From: Hyphochytrium catenoides
Taxonomy: Eukaryota > Protista > Hyphochytriomycota
DNA length: 64,000 nt
NCBI GenBank assembly: GCA_900088475.1
Contig: FLMG01004374.1
Location: 62,001 to 126,000, forward strand
Direction: 5' to 3'
In this document: positions 13,001-25,556 of the stretch, one piece after another
Numbering within the stretch: the first letter of the stretch is position 1
Layout of the letters: every line of letters begins with the position of its first letter
Notes under the pieces: model-generated
Database searches by the model: none
Seen by the model: only the letters and a program-made list of their open reading frames with translations
Told to the model about the DNA's origin: nothing
Made by a program: the position numbers and the translations under genes

Positions 13001-14617
13001 AAGGTAGAGCGACGTTGGCGTTCTACCTGTACCTGCTTGGGCCGTGCATTGCAGCCCTAATTAATCCATCTTTCTCTCTCTATTGTGCCGCCAGATTTTT
13101 GTTAGATCTCTTGGCTATGGCGCTGCGTCACTTGTCCGCCATCCTATGGAAGGAGCGAAAGAGGATGGCGCTAAAGGAGCTTTCCTAGGCATCGGGAAAG
13201 GGGTAGTGACGCTCGTTGCCAGTCCTGTGGTCGGTATTCTAGGAGCTAGTGAGAAGGTCGCCCTTTCCATTGATAAGACGGTGCATCTGATGGATGAGCA
13301 GTTCTACGAGGTAAGACAACGAAGGAGCATTCCTACTGCTGCTTCTTGTCCTTCTATACTTCTGGCGGTTTAGTCTTTGGGCTTGAAGAGTGACTCGGGT
13401 TAATGCCTTTTTGTTGCTTTCTGTCTTCCTCCAAAGCTTTGTCAAGTCATGAGACCGATTATCTTTTTTGTTTCTCCAGGGTACCCGTCGGCCTGCCCGC
13501 CTTCTTCACGGCGATGCGAAGGCGGTGAAAGCGCTGGTGCAGACCAACATTATCACCAAGCTGGAAGTGTTTGTGTGGAAGGCTATTAAGATCAGCACTT
13601 CGACGGCCTGCAACCCTCGTGTCCGAATCTATCTTAAAGAGATTGTCGCTGGAGAAAAAGGCGAGGCGACAGAGAAAGGAAGCCTGATCGAGCGATATAA
13701 GACCCGCAAACTACGTCATACGACTAATCCAGAGTGGAATGAGGCCGTTACCTTTGACATTGTAAGCACGAATGTCGTGGTGGAGATCAAGGTCTTCGAT
13801 GAGCATCGCCTCCAACCCAAGGTATGAGCCGCTGTCCTTCGCTGTCATGAATGTCAGCTCCTTTATCGACTGAGGATCTTTGTGTTCACCATGGCCCCTT
13901 GCTGACCTCGCATTCGAATAACTCTGATCCTTGCTCGTATTTCTTCTCTGCGGTCAATAAACTAAGGTCTATCTATCGCTCTATCTCTACGCCTTTGAAT
14001 GTAATGCCTTTCAGTCTAAGTATCGCGCTACTTCTTATCTACGTCGCTGTCCACAGATTCTCCTAGGACAGATCTCCAAGCCTCTGAATGAGATCTACAA
14101 GGAAAATCAAGAGGGAGCCATCAGCGCTCTCAGCGAAGAAGAGAAGAACAGGGCTGTAGCTCTTGCCGTCAGCAAGGTTCACACGACCAAGAAAGAGAGG
14201 AAGAAGAGGACAGATTTCGCCACTCAGGTGCAAATCCGCAACTTTGTGGATAATTTGACCCACAAGAAACGTGAAGATGCGATGCCTCCCGTGACACCAG
14301 GAAGAATGGCGACGTCGGGCACTGACCTAAATACGCCACCCGCACCTACCCCTAGCAGCACGCGGACAACGCCAGTGTATGGGGGTCCAGGGTTCAGCTC
14401 TAACTCGCGGCGCGTGACTCAGAATAGCATCGCCACCCCTTCGATCGCTGACACCATTGGTTCAGACGAGGGCACTCTCTCAGGAGAAGTAGTGCAGGAA
14501 GTGCTATTGAACCACACCAATAGGGCACGACGGTACAGATTGGAGGATGAGAGAGGAGAAGCGGTGGAAGGCGAGCTGTTCGTGGCCTTTAGATACTTGA
14601 ACGACCTCAGGCGGTAG
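1051..14617 (+). CDS. VPS13: VPS13-family (bridge-like lipid transfer) protein, multi-exon, with N-terminal TM helix, two EF-hand pairs and a C-terminal C2 domain
   Basis: ATG 1051. Exons 1051-1154, 1221-1279 and 1350-1573 splice in frame to MWWWLWLGLKTAVICSVIGSVLVFFAGPLLSLALSFVPKQYLKSRLKIRVAWNKVYFALEDLDLGKAVL...LPFSITRLRLKHASILIPL (chorein-N-like). Later VPS13 signatures are EPFLEPY (~6710), QFLFQNSLPCTIEY, YFRTKVITIQPRYVLHNHT, PPPFRIDN, SPRELMAIYV, YPVVFVP, VGSVEMLGDPVGFV and HPMEGAKEDGAKGAFLGIGKGVVTLVASPVVG (ATG2_C-like). Stop at 14615-14617. Two N gaps and some internal exon borders are unresolved. Confidence 0.9.
3019..3051. repeat. Imperfect (CA)n microsatellite in a VPS13 intron
   Basis: acacacacacacaccaacacacacacacac seen directly. 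Confidence 0.9.
6996..7053. other. Assembly gap (N run) inside VPS13
   Basis: Run of n characters. Confidence 1.
8728..8808. other. Assembly gap (N run) inside VPS13
   Basis: Run of n characters. Confidence 1.
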
Positions 14618-15946
14618 GCTGGGCAGACCCGGGCGGCATAGTGCACCAAAGGCAGACCCGACAAAGGAGTGACGAAGTTGAATCCTCTAAAAGCATCTAT
14701 ATATCTTTATAACGTCGATCGATGTGGGAATAGAAACTTAATCAAATATATGTTATAGATTTTGTTGCTCTCGTGGCTAGCTCTCCTAGTACCTTTATGG
14801 CGCCCCGGCAGGAGAATGATGACAGAGCCGGAAGTGACGGAGCTTGCGGCACTGACACCTTGATGGATTTGCATTCCCACTGCGGCATGGCCGGGAGCTG
14901 CTTTTAGTCACGATTCCTCTTCAGTAAGGCAAGTTATCAGGGACTGGTAGCCTTATCCAGTTGAACGCTGGGACACAATCATATCTCCCGGTAATCTGCC
15001 GATCGCTGTCTACTCTATGCGAAGCAAGTGCCGTCATCTGTGCCAGGAGTCTAAGAGGACGTTGCCATGAGCAAGGAACTATCTTGCCCATCTGGCCACC
15101 ACCGCTCATCCACTACTCTACGCCCTCGTACACAGACTGTCACAGACTGCTGGATGCTGCTACCGGCGGCCCATGGTCCTCAGCCCTGCTGAGATCGAGC
15201 TGAACTGATCGTCTTCTTTAGCCTCTGTCTATAGATCATCGGCCATGAGGAGCCAAACCGCAAGCCGATCTAACCTGCGAGACAGGCAGAGGAACAGATG
15301 TCTTCCGATTGTTCAAGATAGCCGCTAACGTGTATTAAGGGTTTACGATAGGGGAGTAGTGTCTGTGAAGCCCTTTGTTCAGGGTCTCAGGCGGAGAAGG
15401 ATCAGGTCTTTCCAAGAAATTTATGAGGTTCTGTCTGTTTTGATCTCCCCCAATTTTCCTCTTTCTTGACCTGCGCACGCGGCGTCGCTCGACCTGAGCT
15501 GAAGCTCCTCAGAACGTGCAGAACAGGGCGAGAGAAACTGAGTGAGACAGCGAGAGAGACAAAGCAGCATGAGACGGATGAGAAGAGCGATTGTTGATGA
15601 GTTCCTTTGAAATCGCTGTCTGCTGAAGGTGATGTGAACGTGGCATTCTGTCATAAGTTAACTCGTGCCCCAGCTTCTGGGGCCACCCTCCTTTCTCACT
15701 CAAACACAGAGGAGGGCAAAAACCTCTAATATTTTAAGCATCCTCCTTTACCGAGACCGAGTAGTCCATACAGCACTACGCATTCACCATTATCCGGTTA
15801 ACAGCCAGGGAGGTGGAGAGTTTAGCGCTGGTACGCGAAGATAGGCTCTTCGAAGAAGAAGTCTTTGGCTCTCTGTGCTGTTTTATAGACAGTCCGGAAC
15901 TTTTCCTCTCAGCCTAAGTCTGCAAGGGGCGTGGAACGCTGAGGCT

Positions 15947-18900
15947 ATGGAGAGCCAGCAAGTGACAAGGCGAGGACCGGTGGACACTTCGGTGACGGAC
16001 TATTCATCGCCCTCGCCACCGAGAGGGCAAAGTGGTGCAAAGATTGTTGAACACCAACTGGTATGAGATCTTTGGTTTTTGTTTCTAAGTAGTATCTTAT
16101 CTCATCGTTTTATCTTTGGGCTCCGATATTTTTGGGACTGCTGCAGTCTGGAGAGGAAGGCTATCTAGACCAGCTCTCGGTTTACCTTCCAAGTGTTCAA
16201 GGGATTGCTAGTTACGTCAGGAAAGGCCTGCAGGAGGTTGCTCCCATGAAAATTGGTGCGTTCCTTTGGCCTCTTCTGCCATCTACCCGCGTGCCTCCTT
16301 CCCACCTCCCTGTCCGCCCGCTCGCCCACGTGCCGCTTCGCTTACGTGCCCCTTCGCTTTAGCCCCAGCTGGTCGCCACTCTGGCCCCCAACTTTCCAAA
16401 CCGGTCTTCCCTACGGAGTATCTTCCTCTACTTCGCTCTACTGTCATCCGCACGTCTGTCAACGCCTCTCCTCTTCTTGGTCCTAACAGAACGCATCTCT
16501 CTGCCGACAGAGTCTCCAGGGCAGACTAGAGATACTGTGCTCTCGGTCCACCTCCAAAGAATCATTGACCCTCTTTCAAAGAGGGAAGAAGTCTTCTTGC
16601 ACATCTGCTATGCAGACGGGCTTCAAGTCTGGAACACGACGGATGTGGATCACATCAAAGAAGTCCTCTCTCTCCGCCAAGAGGCAGTGAAGATAGCCAA
16701 GTTTTTGCCTTATCCTACGCAAAGAGCAAAAACTTCGGAACAGCTGCATGACATCTGGAAAGCAGCACCTCTTCTCCTTTCAGTCGCTGCAGCCGAAAGT
16801 CGTACGGGGTCCGCTAAGGCCATCAGTGTATATTCTCTACCTGAGAACAGGTCTTAACATCTCTCCACTACATTATACTACCACTGCATGAGCTACCTCC
16901 TGGTTTACTCTACCTTGCCCCAAACAGATTTACCGGTCTCCTTATGCCTCAGTGTTGGATTGGTCACTTTGCCCGCCACCTCTCCATGGGATCTCTCTTC
17001 TCTTGCATTGTGATTCTCTCTCTTCCTTTGCTTTATACCGTGCTCAGAGTTTTGTGCATCTTCCAAGTACTTACCTCCTGTCGAATGGCCGCCACTCATC
17101 GCCCTATTTTCAAGGTACATTCATGAGCTACGGTTGCCCAGTGAGGTCCTAGGGCTTGAGGTAAACGGGTCAGCCCTCGTGGCGGTCCTGCGAGATCATA
17201 TCTATGTCTTTCGCTCTTGCAACCTAGAGATGGTAAACAAGCTTGATTGCGCTGCAAACAGTCGTAAGAACGTCATTGCGTCTCTAGGAAGCCGGTGGCT
17301 GGCCTATGCGACGGTCAAGGAACCGTTTCCAGCCGAAAATGGAGGCGACGGATTCCATCTTGAGGGGATGGCGCCTTCCTCTTCCTCTTCACCAACTAAT
17401 GGTGAAGAGAATGGGTTGAGCATCAAGGAGATGGCGCAGGGTGTAGCGAACTCCCTTTATTACCTAGGAAAGCTTGGCAAACAGCAGCTGGGAGGAGGGA
17501 AATCTAACCCCGTTCTTGGGGCAAAGGGACTCGTCGGAGTTGTCGACCCTATAAAAGGGAAGTGTATCTTCCACTTCGAGGCGCATGCTGCGCCTCTCTC
17601 TTCCCTTGCTTTCGACTCCTCTGGAGTTCTTGTAGCGGCGGCTCCCATAGAGGGTCAGACTATACACGTCTACCGTCTTCTCCCGCAGCCAGATAAGCAA
17701 TCCCAGCCCCGTCTCATTTATAGGCTCATTCGGGGCATAACGCACGCAAATATTCGTGTCCTTTCCTTCAGCGCCGACAGCAAGTGGTTGGCAGCACTAA
17801 CCTCAAACGGCACCGCCCACTTGTTTGCCATCAACCCCGCAGGAGGCCAGGTGGACGCTACATCGCATGTACCAGGCCTTGATGGACATGGTGGCTCGGC
17901 CGTACAGAAAGGTTTTTTTACCTCCATAGCATGGGATGCATGCCTCTTTTCCTTCTTCTGAGTATTTTCTCTAACTCTTGTCCCCTGGCCAAGCACTGGG
18001 GATTCGACCTAACAACACGCCCGATGTTTCTTTCCGTAGATCCAACGTTAAAAAGCATTATCGGCGAAAGGAAGAAAGAGATGGCTCTTCGCCTCTCTGC
18101 AGTTGGGAGATTCAGACATCAAGCAGTGTCATCGTGCATTGGACTTGATGCCATGACATCACCAGGGACCAGCCAAGCTGACGAAGCTATTGCTCCCACT
18201 CTCCCGTTGGCGCTATCCGGCATCTTCTGTGGGCGAGCTGTACTGGTTGCCAACCAAGCTGGCTCTATGTCTCTGTTCCAAGTGCGTCCGGCTGCAAGAA
18301 GGCAGGGAGACTCGACTTCATCCACCTCTGGAAAGGATGATTCCTCGGCTCATAAACTGGAACTTTTGAACTCCAAGAGACGTTTGTGGGATATGTGCCG
18401 TAGGCGCTCTTGGGGCGAAGTCAGATGCCGACAAAAGCTCATGCCAGGACTTACGTCCCCAGCCGTCGTCGGGGGTTTGTCTGAGAGCAAGGAATGGCTC
18501 CCAGTGGGAGAGATGACGCTCCACCCACCAGTTGTAGTCCCGCTTTGGATGCAGCCTCGCACTGCGTTTAGAGTCTACCGCCCGGCAGGTGGATATCTCC
18601 GTAATAGATCGAAGAGCTGTAACATTATCCCCCTCTATCTGGACGATGTGGCTACGGAGCCACTGAGGATCATGCGGACACTCACTGGGACTCCCCTGGG
18701 CATCACCGGTGCCGATGCCGACACCTCCGAGGCTCCTGTAGGAGGGCTGAATGCTTCTGGTCGCTTGATCTCACCCATGCTGCTAGCAATGAGCGAGAAA
18801 GAGGTTGAGATGCAAGCGCTACAACTCAGTCGTAAGTCCCCACATTCTCGCCCTTTGTTGCATCTTCTGAGTATCCCTCGAGTGGCGCTCTTGACCAAAA

Positions 18901-19447
18901 TTTAGTGTTCCTACATAACCATCTTCTCACTGTCATCTGACATGGCGTCTCTCATATATAGAAAGCATCTCCCTAGCCGTGTCTTCACCTCTCCAGTCAC
19001 GACGGACGGACATCAAGGAGATTCGTTGCGAGACACCCGAGGAGCAAAGCACAGAATGGCATCTTGGTGCCGCCAGTGGTAGGTTAATAGAAAGATCGGG
19101 GCAATTTTGCAACGCTAATACCTTTCTGCTTTGACGGCGATGCCTCCGCACTTCTCTCTTCCGCATCCTTTCACTCCGGCCACTACTACTACTCTTCCGC
19201 TTTTATGGCAGTGATAGCAGCAATGAAACAAGAGTACTTCTCCGTGGAGGGATCACAGGAGGAGTCCAGTCAATTGCAAGAAAGGGTAGAAGAGTCCTGC
19301 TTGGAGTCCGTGTGCTCCCCGTCGGCCCATCAGCCAGTAGAGTTAGATGCTACGGACATGATGTCTTCATCAGACGGTGCTGATGACTCCTTCCCAAGCT
19401 TCGAAGAGGGCTGCAACCGCTTATTCGTAGGAGAGGAAATCGTGTGA
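15947..19447 (+). CDS. BCAS3: BCAS3-like (ATG18/PROPPIN-related) WD40 beta-propeller protein, multi-exon
   Basis: ATG 15947 (MESQQVTRR). Motifs LHICYADGLQVWN, SLGSRWLAYA, HFEAHAAPLSSLAFDSSGVLV, YRLIRGITHANIRVLSFSADSKWLAALTSNGTAHLFAINPAGG and EWLPVGEMTLHPPVVVPLWMQP are typical of BCAS3 and plant ATG18f-h. The acidic tail ends at the stop at 19447. Confidence 0.85.
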
Positions 19448-20143
19448 TCTTTGACTGCTGTAGGTCACATGCCGTGCAAGGAGCAACCAAGGGGCAATCA
19501 TAGATAAACAGAAGACAGGGACCTAGAAGATAGCTTGAATAGAAAGACTACTAGGTGCCGCGCTTCCTTAAGGGGTACCCAGAAGAGAGACTTGAGGATG
19601 CAAAGGTGGCAAGGTCACCGTGAGCGAAGTGGCTCAGCTCACATTTAGGGTTAGTTTGGAGCGCGTTTCTAATAGTTCCTTTAGCTTTATGTCCAATAGC
19701 TCTGGAACTGAGGGACAGAAGAGATCAACAATTTGATGCCGGCAAAGCACACCGGCCTCATTCTTGGGTAAGGGGCCTGTCCATAGCTTTATCAGTCTCC
19801 TTTGACCAATTTGTTTGCAATATAGATGGGGCTCATATTTCCCTAGCAATGATCCCCTCGGGCAAACCCTTTATCTCTTCTTCTGTCTGCATCATGCAAT
19901 GTGTCCTTATCATTGTGCTCTTTGGCAATGTCGCGTATAGATAGACAGAAGGCGCGGTGCTTCGCCTGGCTCTATTTTAACTATGATTTTCCCACAATGC
20001 CTCATAAAACGCTGTGTAATCACAGACTTCAGAAGGCATCAACTCTGGAGTGTCATCCATAGCTTCTCACTCCTTCACTCCAATATCTTGAATTCCTCTA
20101 TCTTAGTCCAAGCATAAGTCAAAGGTACCTCGTGAGTCAAGCC

Positions 20144-23054
20144 TCACAGCAAAGTGCAAGCACACCCCTGCTTCACTGATTCAACCTGGGGTTGTTGACG
20201 ACCCCCAGGTGCCGCCAGAGATGGGTCAAATGAAGAGATGACGCTTTCTGTCCAGATGTGACTTACAGCCACTGCCGGAACCTCTCCTGCTTTCACAAGT
20301 GAGATCCCTTTCGGCAGTGTAGATGGACCTGGAACCTAGAGAATCAACGAAGACGGTGAGAGGAGCGGAGGTGCCTCCGATCATACTGCAGCCTGTTCGC
20401 CTACCACCGTATTTAGAATGAAATAGACAACTAAGAGGTAAGGGACTGCAAGCACACTGGCCAACTATACGGCACCAGTATAGAAGTCAGAGATAATAAG
20501 TCCATATCGAGCCGCTAGAGTACTCAGGTGCGTACCGGTTCATAGTAGACTGCGTTATTCCTGGTCGTAGCCAAATCCACGTCGCGGTCGAGTATCTGTT
20601 TGGCCCGCAGAACAGCAGCTTGAAGCTTCCCTTCCCGTGCAGCTTTCTCGGGCTTGGTCAAATTATCTTTGTAGTGGGTCAGTTCGTCCATCGTCTACAC
20701 AATTAGACCATAGTCAGCATGAATGCCGACATTTATGATGTCAACAACAAGCGGTGACAGCTGCAACGTTAAGTAAGAGTCCAGGCTCATGTTCTCCTTG
20801 CCTTCATATATAATGAGAGGGCCTGTTGGTAGTTGGCAATAGCTTTAACACATCCTGCGGCCGTTTCCTCTTTCCAGTGATCTTCACCCTATGTGAAGAT
20901 AATGTTAGCGAATAAAGACATTGAGCCTATGGAGGATTGTAGCAAGAGATTCATGAGTGATAAGGGAAGCCCGGTGGAGCAAAGAGCAAAGAGGGAACTG
21001 GCAATCTAGACAGAATGGAAAAATATGATTCAAGGGATGCGAAACTCAGAAGAGGAACACCTCCCCGTACCACGTAATAGGAGGCAAGTGTCTGGCAGTA
21101 AAACCGCTTCATTCGACAGTATGACGCTGCCTTTGCAAGCAACTCTGACTGGGCTGGCTGCATTATCTTAAGAGCACACAAGCAATCTGCCCCCACAGTA
21201 TAGCAGCGCGAAGGGCAGGGATAGTAAATTAAGCTGGCTAGGAGAGCTCATATTGACGCGAGGCAGGGGACATACGGATCACTGGAGCGGAACTCAAACA
21301 GACAAACGCATATTTTTTGCGGATTGGATGCAGGATCTTTGTGCCTTACTGCATCTTAGTATTACCTTGATAGCGCTCGGAGCAATCCACTGCTAGTTTA
21401 GCTATGGTGAGAGCTTTCTGATTTCCCAAGACAGCGCGAAGAATAGTGAGCTCTTGTGCTTGGACAAGAGCCAACCAGCTAAGGAATTGGATGAAAATTC
21501 CACCAGAAAGATCAGCGTACTGTTCCGACCCAGGAAGGTTTGTTGTAGCGTCAATAACGCGAACTGCGGACTCCAAGTGACCCCGCTGCAGTCCTTTCAA
21601 GATGGCAGTCACCTCTTACCTTTGGCCTGTGCAGCAGCAGTAGCCTTCAACCGAGCTGTTTCTTGCTCTTTTCTCCATTTCTAGGTGCAGTCTGGCTGAG
21701 TAAGTGTATGCTCAACAGGGACTCTATAACTTTTCTAAGGCTTACCTCTAACTGGTCTTCCGAGAGCAGGCCATCCTCAGGAGGTGCGGCCGAACTATTA
21801 CCGACGGAAAGATCGACGTAGCCCGATCCAGATTCCTGGGGGCGGCCACCCTGAAAGGAACTAGTTTAGTTTGGGCGGCGAGGAGCTGCCAACATCCTCT
21901 CTGTCATACCATATATACGAGGGCCTTGTCGAGCAGACCTGACGCTTGAAGGAAGCATTGATACGCCTCCTTCAGCACCTTTTCGTCTTTTTGGTCAGCT
22001 CCTAAGTATATAAAAGATATCATTGAGAAAGAAAGTGCCATAGTAACGATTGCTGATGTCAGTTGACAGGTAACGATCAGGTCCTTGCTTGAGCATCCAC
22101 CATACCGAGAAGTGCTTCCCCCAGTTCTTGCCCACGGTTTATGAGCATTACAGCACCACACAGAAGACTTTGCGTGACTTCTATCTGTGCAGTCTCCGCC
22201 CGCTTCAACTGTTAGGCCAGGAGCAGCGTCAGGAAAAACCAAATCCTTGCACTCCAATAGTGTGGGACTGACCTGCTTGGTGAGCAGTTCAGGCCATTCG
22301 CAGAAACCTATCACTTTATTCCTTGCTGACACGCTTCCAGGAACAACTTGCTGCGTTGGAGGTCCTGGTTCTTGTCCAGGTTTCTGTCCTTGAACTGTGC
22401 CCGGCGCGGGGTCTTGGACGAAGCCCTGCATTAGCTTTGCGTACTCCAAAAGGCTCTACGCCATCGCCGATGAATAGAGGCGGACGAGGACAAGGAGGAT
22501 ATTATAAATTCAGGGTGAAGCGAGTGTTAGAAAGGAAATGCGTGAGATCAAAGATGGCGGTAAAGAAAGAGGAGAAACATCCCTATTATTATTCTTTGCA
22601 GTGAGCCTGTCTTCCACAGAAAGGAGCTTTGAAGAAAACGATAAGAGTAAGCGGACGAGAGGTATCGGGAATTGGCGGAGGCCAACGTTGGCCTCAGAAT
22701 GGGCTGGATTTCACCTGGACATAGAACTCTACTGTCTGGCCATTGGGCCATGATGGCTTTCCTCGCTGTTGAGTGACGATCTCTCTTCTGGTGTTTAGCT
22801 CATTCAGGATGTACTCAACTTCGCTATGCTTTCCTGGAAGAATCGTAGCCCGAAGCCTGTCGGCAAAGTTGACCTAAGGAGTAAACGTGGTGTTAGGAAC
22901 TTCCTAGTACTTTGCAAAGCATGGCCGCCAGAGCTAGCCCATCATTCCTGTGAAACTCAAACAGCTGATGGCCTACCTTCGGAGAGCGCTTGTCCTCAAA
23001 CTGCAAATAGTGCAGCAGCGGAGGCAAAAGTTCCCTTTCGAAGGAGCTGGGCAT
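20144..23054 (-). CDS. BROX: BRO1-domain and CaaX-motif protein (BROX homolog), multi-exon
   Basis: Spliced model MPSSFERELLPPLLHYLQFEDKRSPK|VNFADRLR...NELNTRRE...|SLLEYAKLMQGFV...AYQCFLQASGLL...LALVQAQELTILRAV...IAKLAVD...RNNAVYYEP|VPGPSTLPKGISLVKAGEVPAVA|VESVKQGCACTLL*. The last exon (20144-20185) ends in a CaaX box. Confidence 0.85.
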
Positions 23055-24481
23055 CGCTTCCTTTTAACGTAAAGACAGTCCTAAGGGAGCTCGTGGCTCA
23101 GCGAAGGAGTGGCAGAAAACGAATCAGCTCCCTCTGACCAGGACGAATTTCCTTCGTGGTGCAATGGAGTGGAACGCGAAGTGCCTTTTCAGTTCCCCCT
23201 CTGTGTCGTCCTCAAGCTCCCTTCTTCTGCAGCCCTGTCACGCTCTGATGATGAGGGAACTTTCTCAGTCTGCTTCTCACTCTTGGGCTTCACGCCGCTG
23301 TTTGTCTGGATCGCCATCATCTTCTGAACCGCTTCCTCCTCCCTGCCGTCAAGGATGAGAGAGCCGATGATACGCGATACCATTGTGATTCTGATGATAG
23401 GAAAGAACGTACACCAGTACTCCTGGGGGAGTCCTGTCACTGTAAGTCCAAGACAAACACTGTGGTACTGTACGATGGAAGGGACAGCAGCAGACAGAGA
23501 ACCCGGCTCATCTTCGTGGGACCTTTTGCCACTCTTGTTGGCCACTTGTGACCATGCTCGCTTCGTCAGGAATGAGATGTCTTGAAGACTTGTGGGGTGA
23601 AGACCTTGACGTGGCCAGGGCTTGGCTAGCCAGTCAAGCTCTCCCGCACTTTCCATTTGGTTCCTTGCAAGGAGGAGGTCCTAGTCTTTGTTTGTCGGTG
23701 TTGGTAGATTCTTCGCGCGGTGGTGGGAGTGCCTTTGATCTGTAAGGCAGAGCTCGACTGAAGATTCCTGTGAGCTCAGCTGATGTCTTTGGGTCATGCA
23801 GTCTAACAAAGTTGCTCTGCAATGGTATCATCATGACTACGCATCATACAATGAAGGGTGAAGGGAGAACGGAAGTGATAATGAGATACGCTGTTCGGAT
23901 AGCCCTGCTTCTGCAATTTATAAAAGATCACTGGTGATATATAGTTGCACCTGAAGGGAACTATCTTGCCTGACGCACCAGACCGACGACACATTTCAAG
24001 TACTTAACTCGCACAGTGAGCTAAGCAGAAGGTCCGGAGGTTCGTTGGAAATATAATGGGTGATATACCGAGGCTGGCCAGACCGCGAAACCATAGCTTT
24101 AGGAAACATTGCCATAGAGAGACTAGGGAAGGGGAAGGACCGTGCTTGGATAACTTTGTGAAGGAGAATCCCCTTGGAGCAGGTAAAGAGTGGCGGTTTC
24201 GCCTCCAGCTCCAGTGGGTGCTAGATAGGAACTTGGGCTATTTTTTCCCACAGTCAGAGACGTCATAGGGTTGGGGGCTTCCTTAGGCGCTCTTACTTGG
24301 CGCCTATCCTCCACAATCCCTATAAGCATGAAAGCAGCCCGCCACCCTGGACGTCAACAGTAATGGCTAGAGAACAAAGGGCCTGTCCTCTTCTTTCACC
24401 CTTCCCTCTCTTGGTTGTCCCTGTATGTGCCGGGATTAAGCAGTTGTTAACGCTGCAACCGTAGAGATACGGGTAATTCTG

Positions 24482-25556
24482 CTAGGAGTCGATGTCCAAA
24501 TTCTGAAGAAGTTCATGAACCCAGCGCCCCACAAGACTTTCGCTCGAAGAGCCCAGAAAGTGGGCATAGTGTGCGTGTAAGCACTTTACGCCGTGAGGGG
24601 ACGACATTCCGGCCACGCCTATTGTGGCCATCCTCTCGTAGAGGCCCCGAGTCTTCAGAAGCTCGAGATCTGACTCCTGGTACGCAAGTGTGAGAGAGAG
24701 TTCTCTAGAAAGCGCATGGGCAAACCATGAAGAAGAATGGCTTACCCTTAACAGCTCAATGCGTTGCCTCGCATAGGCACGGTGGTTCTCTTCGAGCTCC
24801 TGCATGGAAGGAGGTCACAAATTATTGATTCAACATGCCACAGTTCTCTCTTTTTTTGAGGTAGGATACACTCAGCTCACAGAACGAGCACAAATTGAGA
24901 GGGAGGCCAGGGGGAAACGCGGAGAAGGTGAGACGTCTAGAAGGGCAGGACAAAAAATAAAGGGGCGCTAGCAGATCTAGACACTGCGAGGGGACCCACA
25001 AAAGTAAAGCAAAGGCAGAGATAAGAGTCTGCAAAAGAGAAAATGAACGCGCGTGTATAGAAGTGATGACCGACATGGAGGAGGCAGGGTATTATGAGTT
25101 ACATGGAGAAGCGCAAAGCGGGAAGATGCAAGAGGAGATTATCGGCAGTTACCCGGAGCAGTGTTGGATTGGCTTCCAGTCTTTTCTGGAAGGCATTGAT
25201 ATACCCTTCTGCTTCCAACCTGGAGATTTTCTCCTTCAGAGTAGGGGAGCAGAGCCAGTATATGGTGGGAAAGGGTTCCATTGTCTGCCTCTGATTTGCT
25301 TTGTACTTGCCTAACGCATTGTTCAAGGGGTACAGCAGCAGCACCGCAGGCTTTCCTACAAAATGTGGAGCTTGAGGCAGCTCATTCGTCGCGTTGCCTG
25401 GCTAAAAGAGCTGCTAAACTTACCTGAGTCCTCTTCTCTTGCCACAATGCGCAGGAGGTTCTGGGGAACATAACCTAGCTGCGCCTGAACATCTTCCAGG
25501 TCAGTAGGTGAGAGAGATTCTGCGGGTGAAGGAGGGTTCCAGTCCGCGGTAGACAT
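24482..25556 (-). CDS. DUF501-family protein (about 4 exons)
   Basis: DLEDVQAQLGYVP..., EPFPTIYWLCSPTLKEKISRLEAEG, HRAYARQR, GVAG...VKCLHAHYAHFL...VGRW match the characteristic DUF501 motifs (PFPTxYWL, SRLE, VKCLHAH). Confidence 0.85.

Noticed and set aside
14700-15870. Gene between VPS13 and BCAS3
   Set aside because: Only short ORFs without motifs; no consistent spliced model found.
23100-24400. Possible gene between BROX and DUF501 (ORF 23189-23656)
   Set aside because: Some splice-like signals, but I could not build a coherent frame or recognise a domain.
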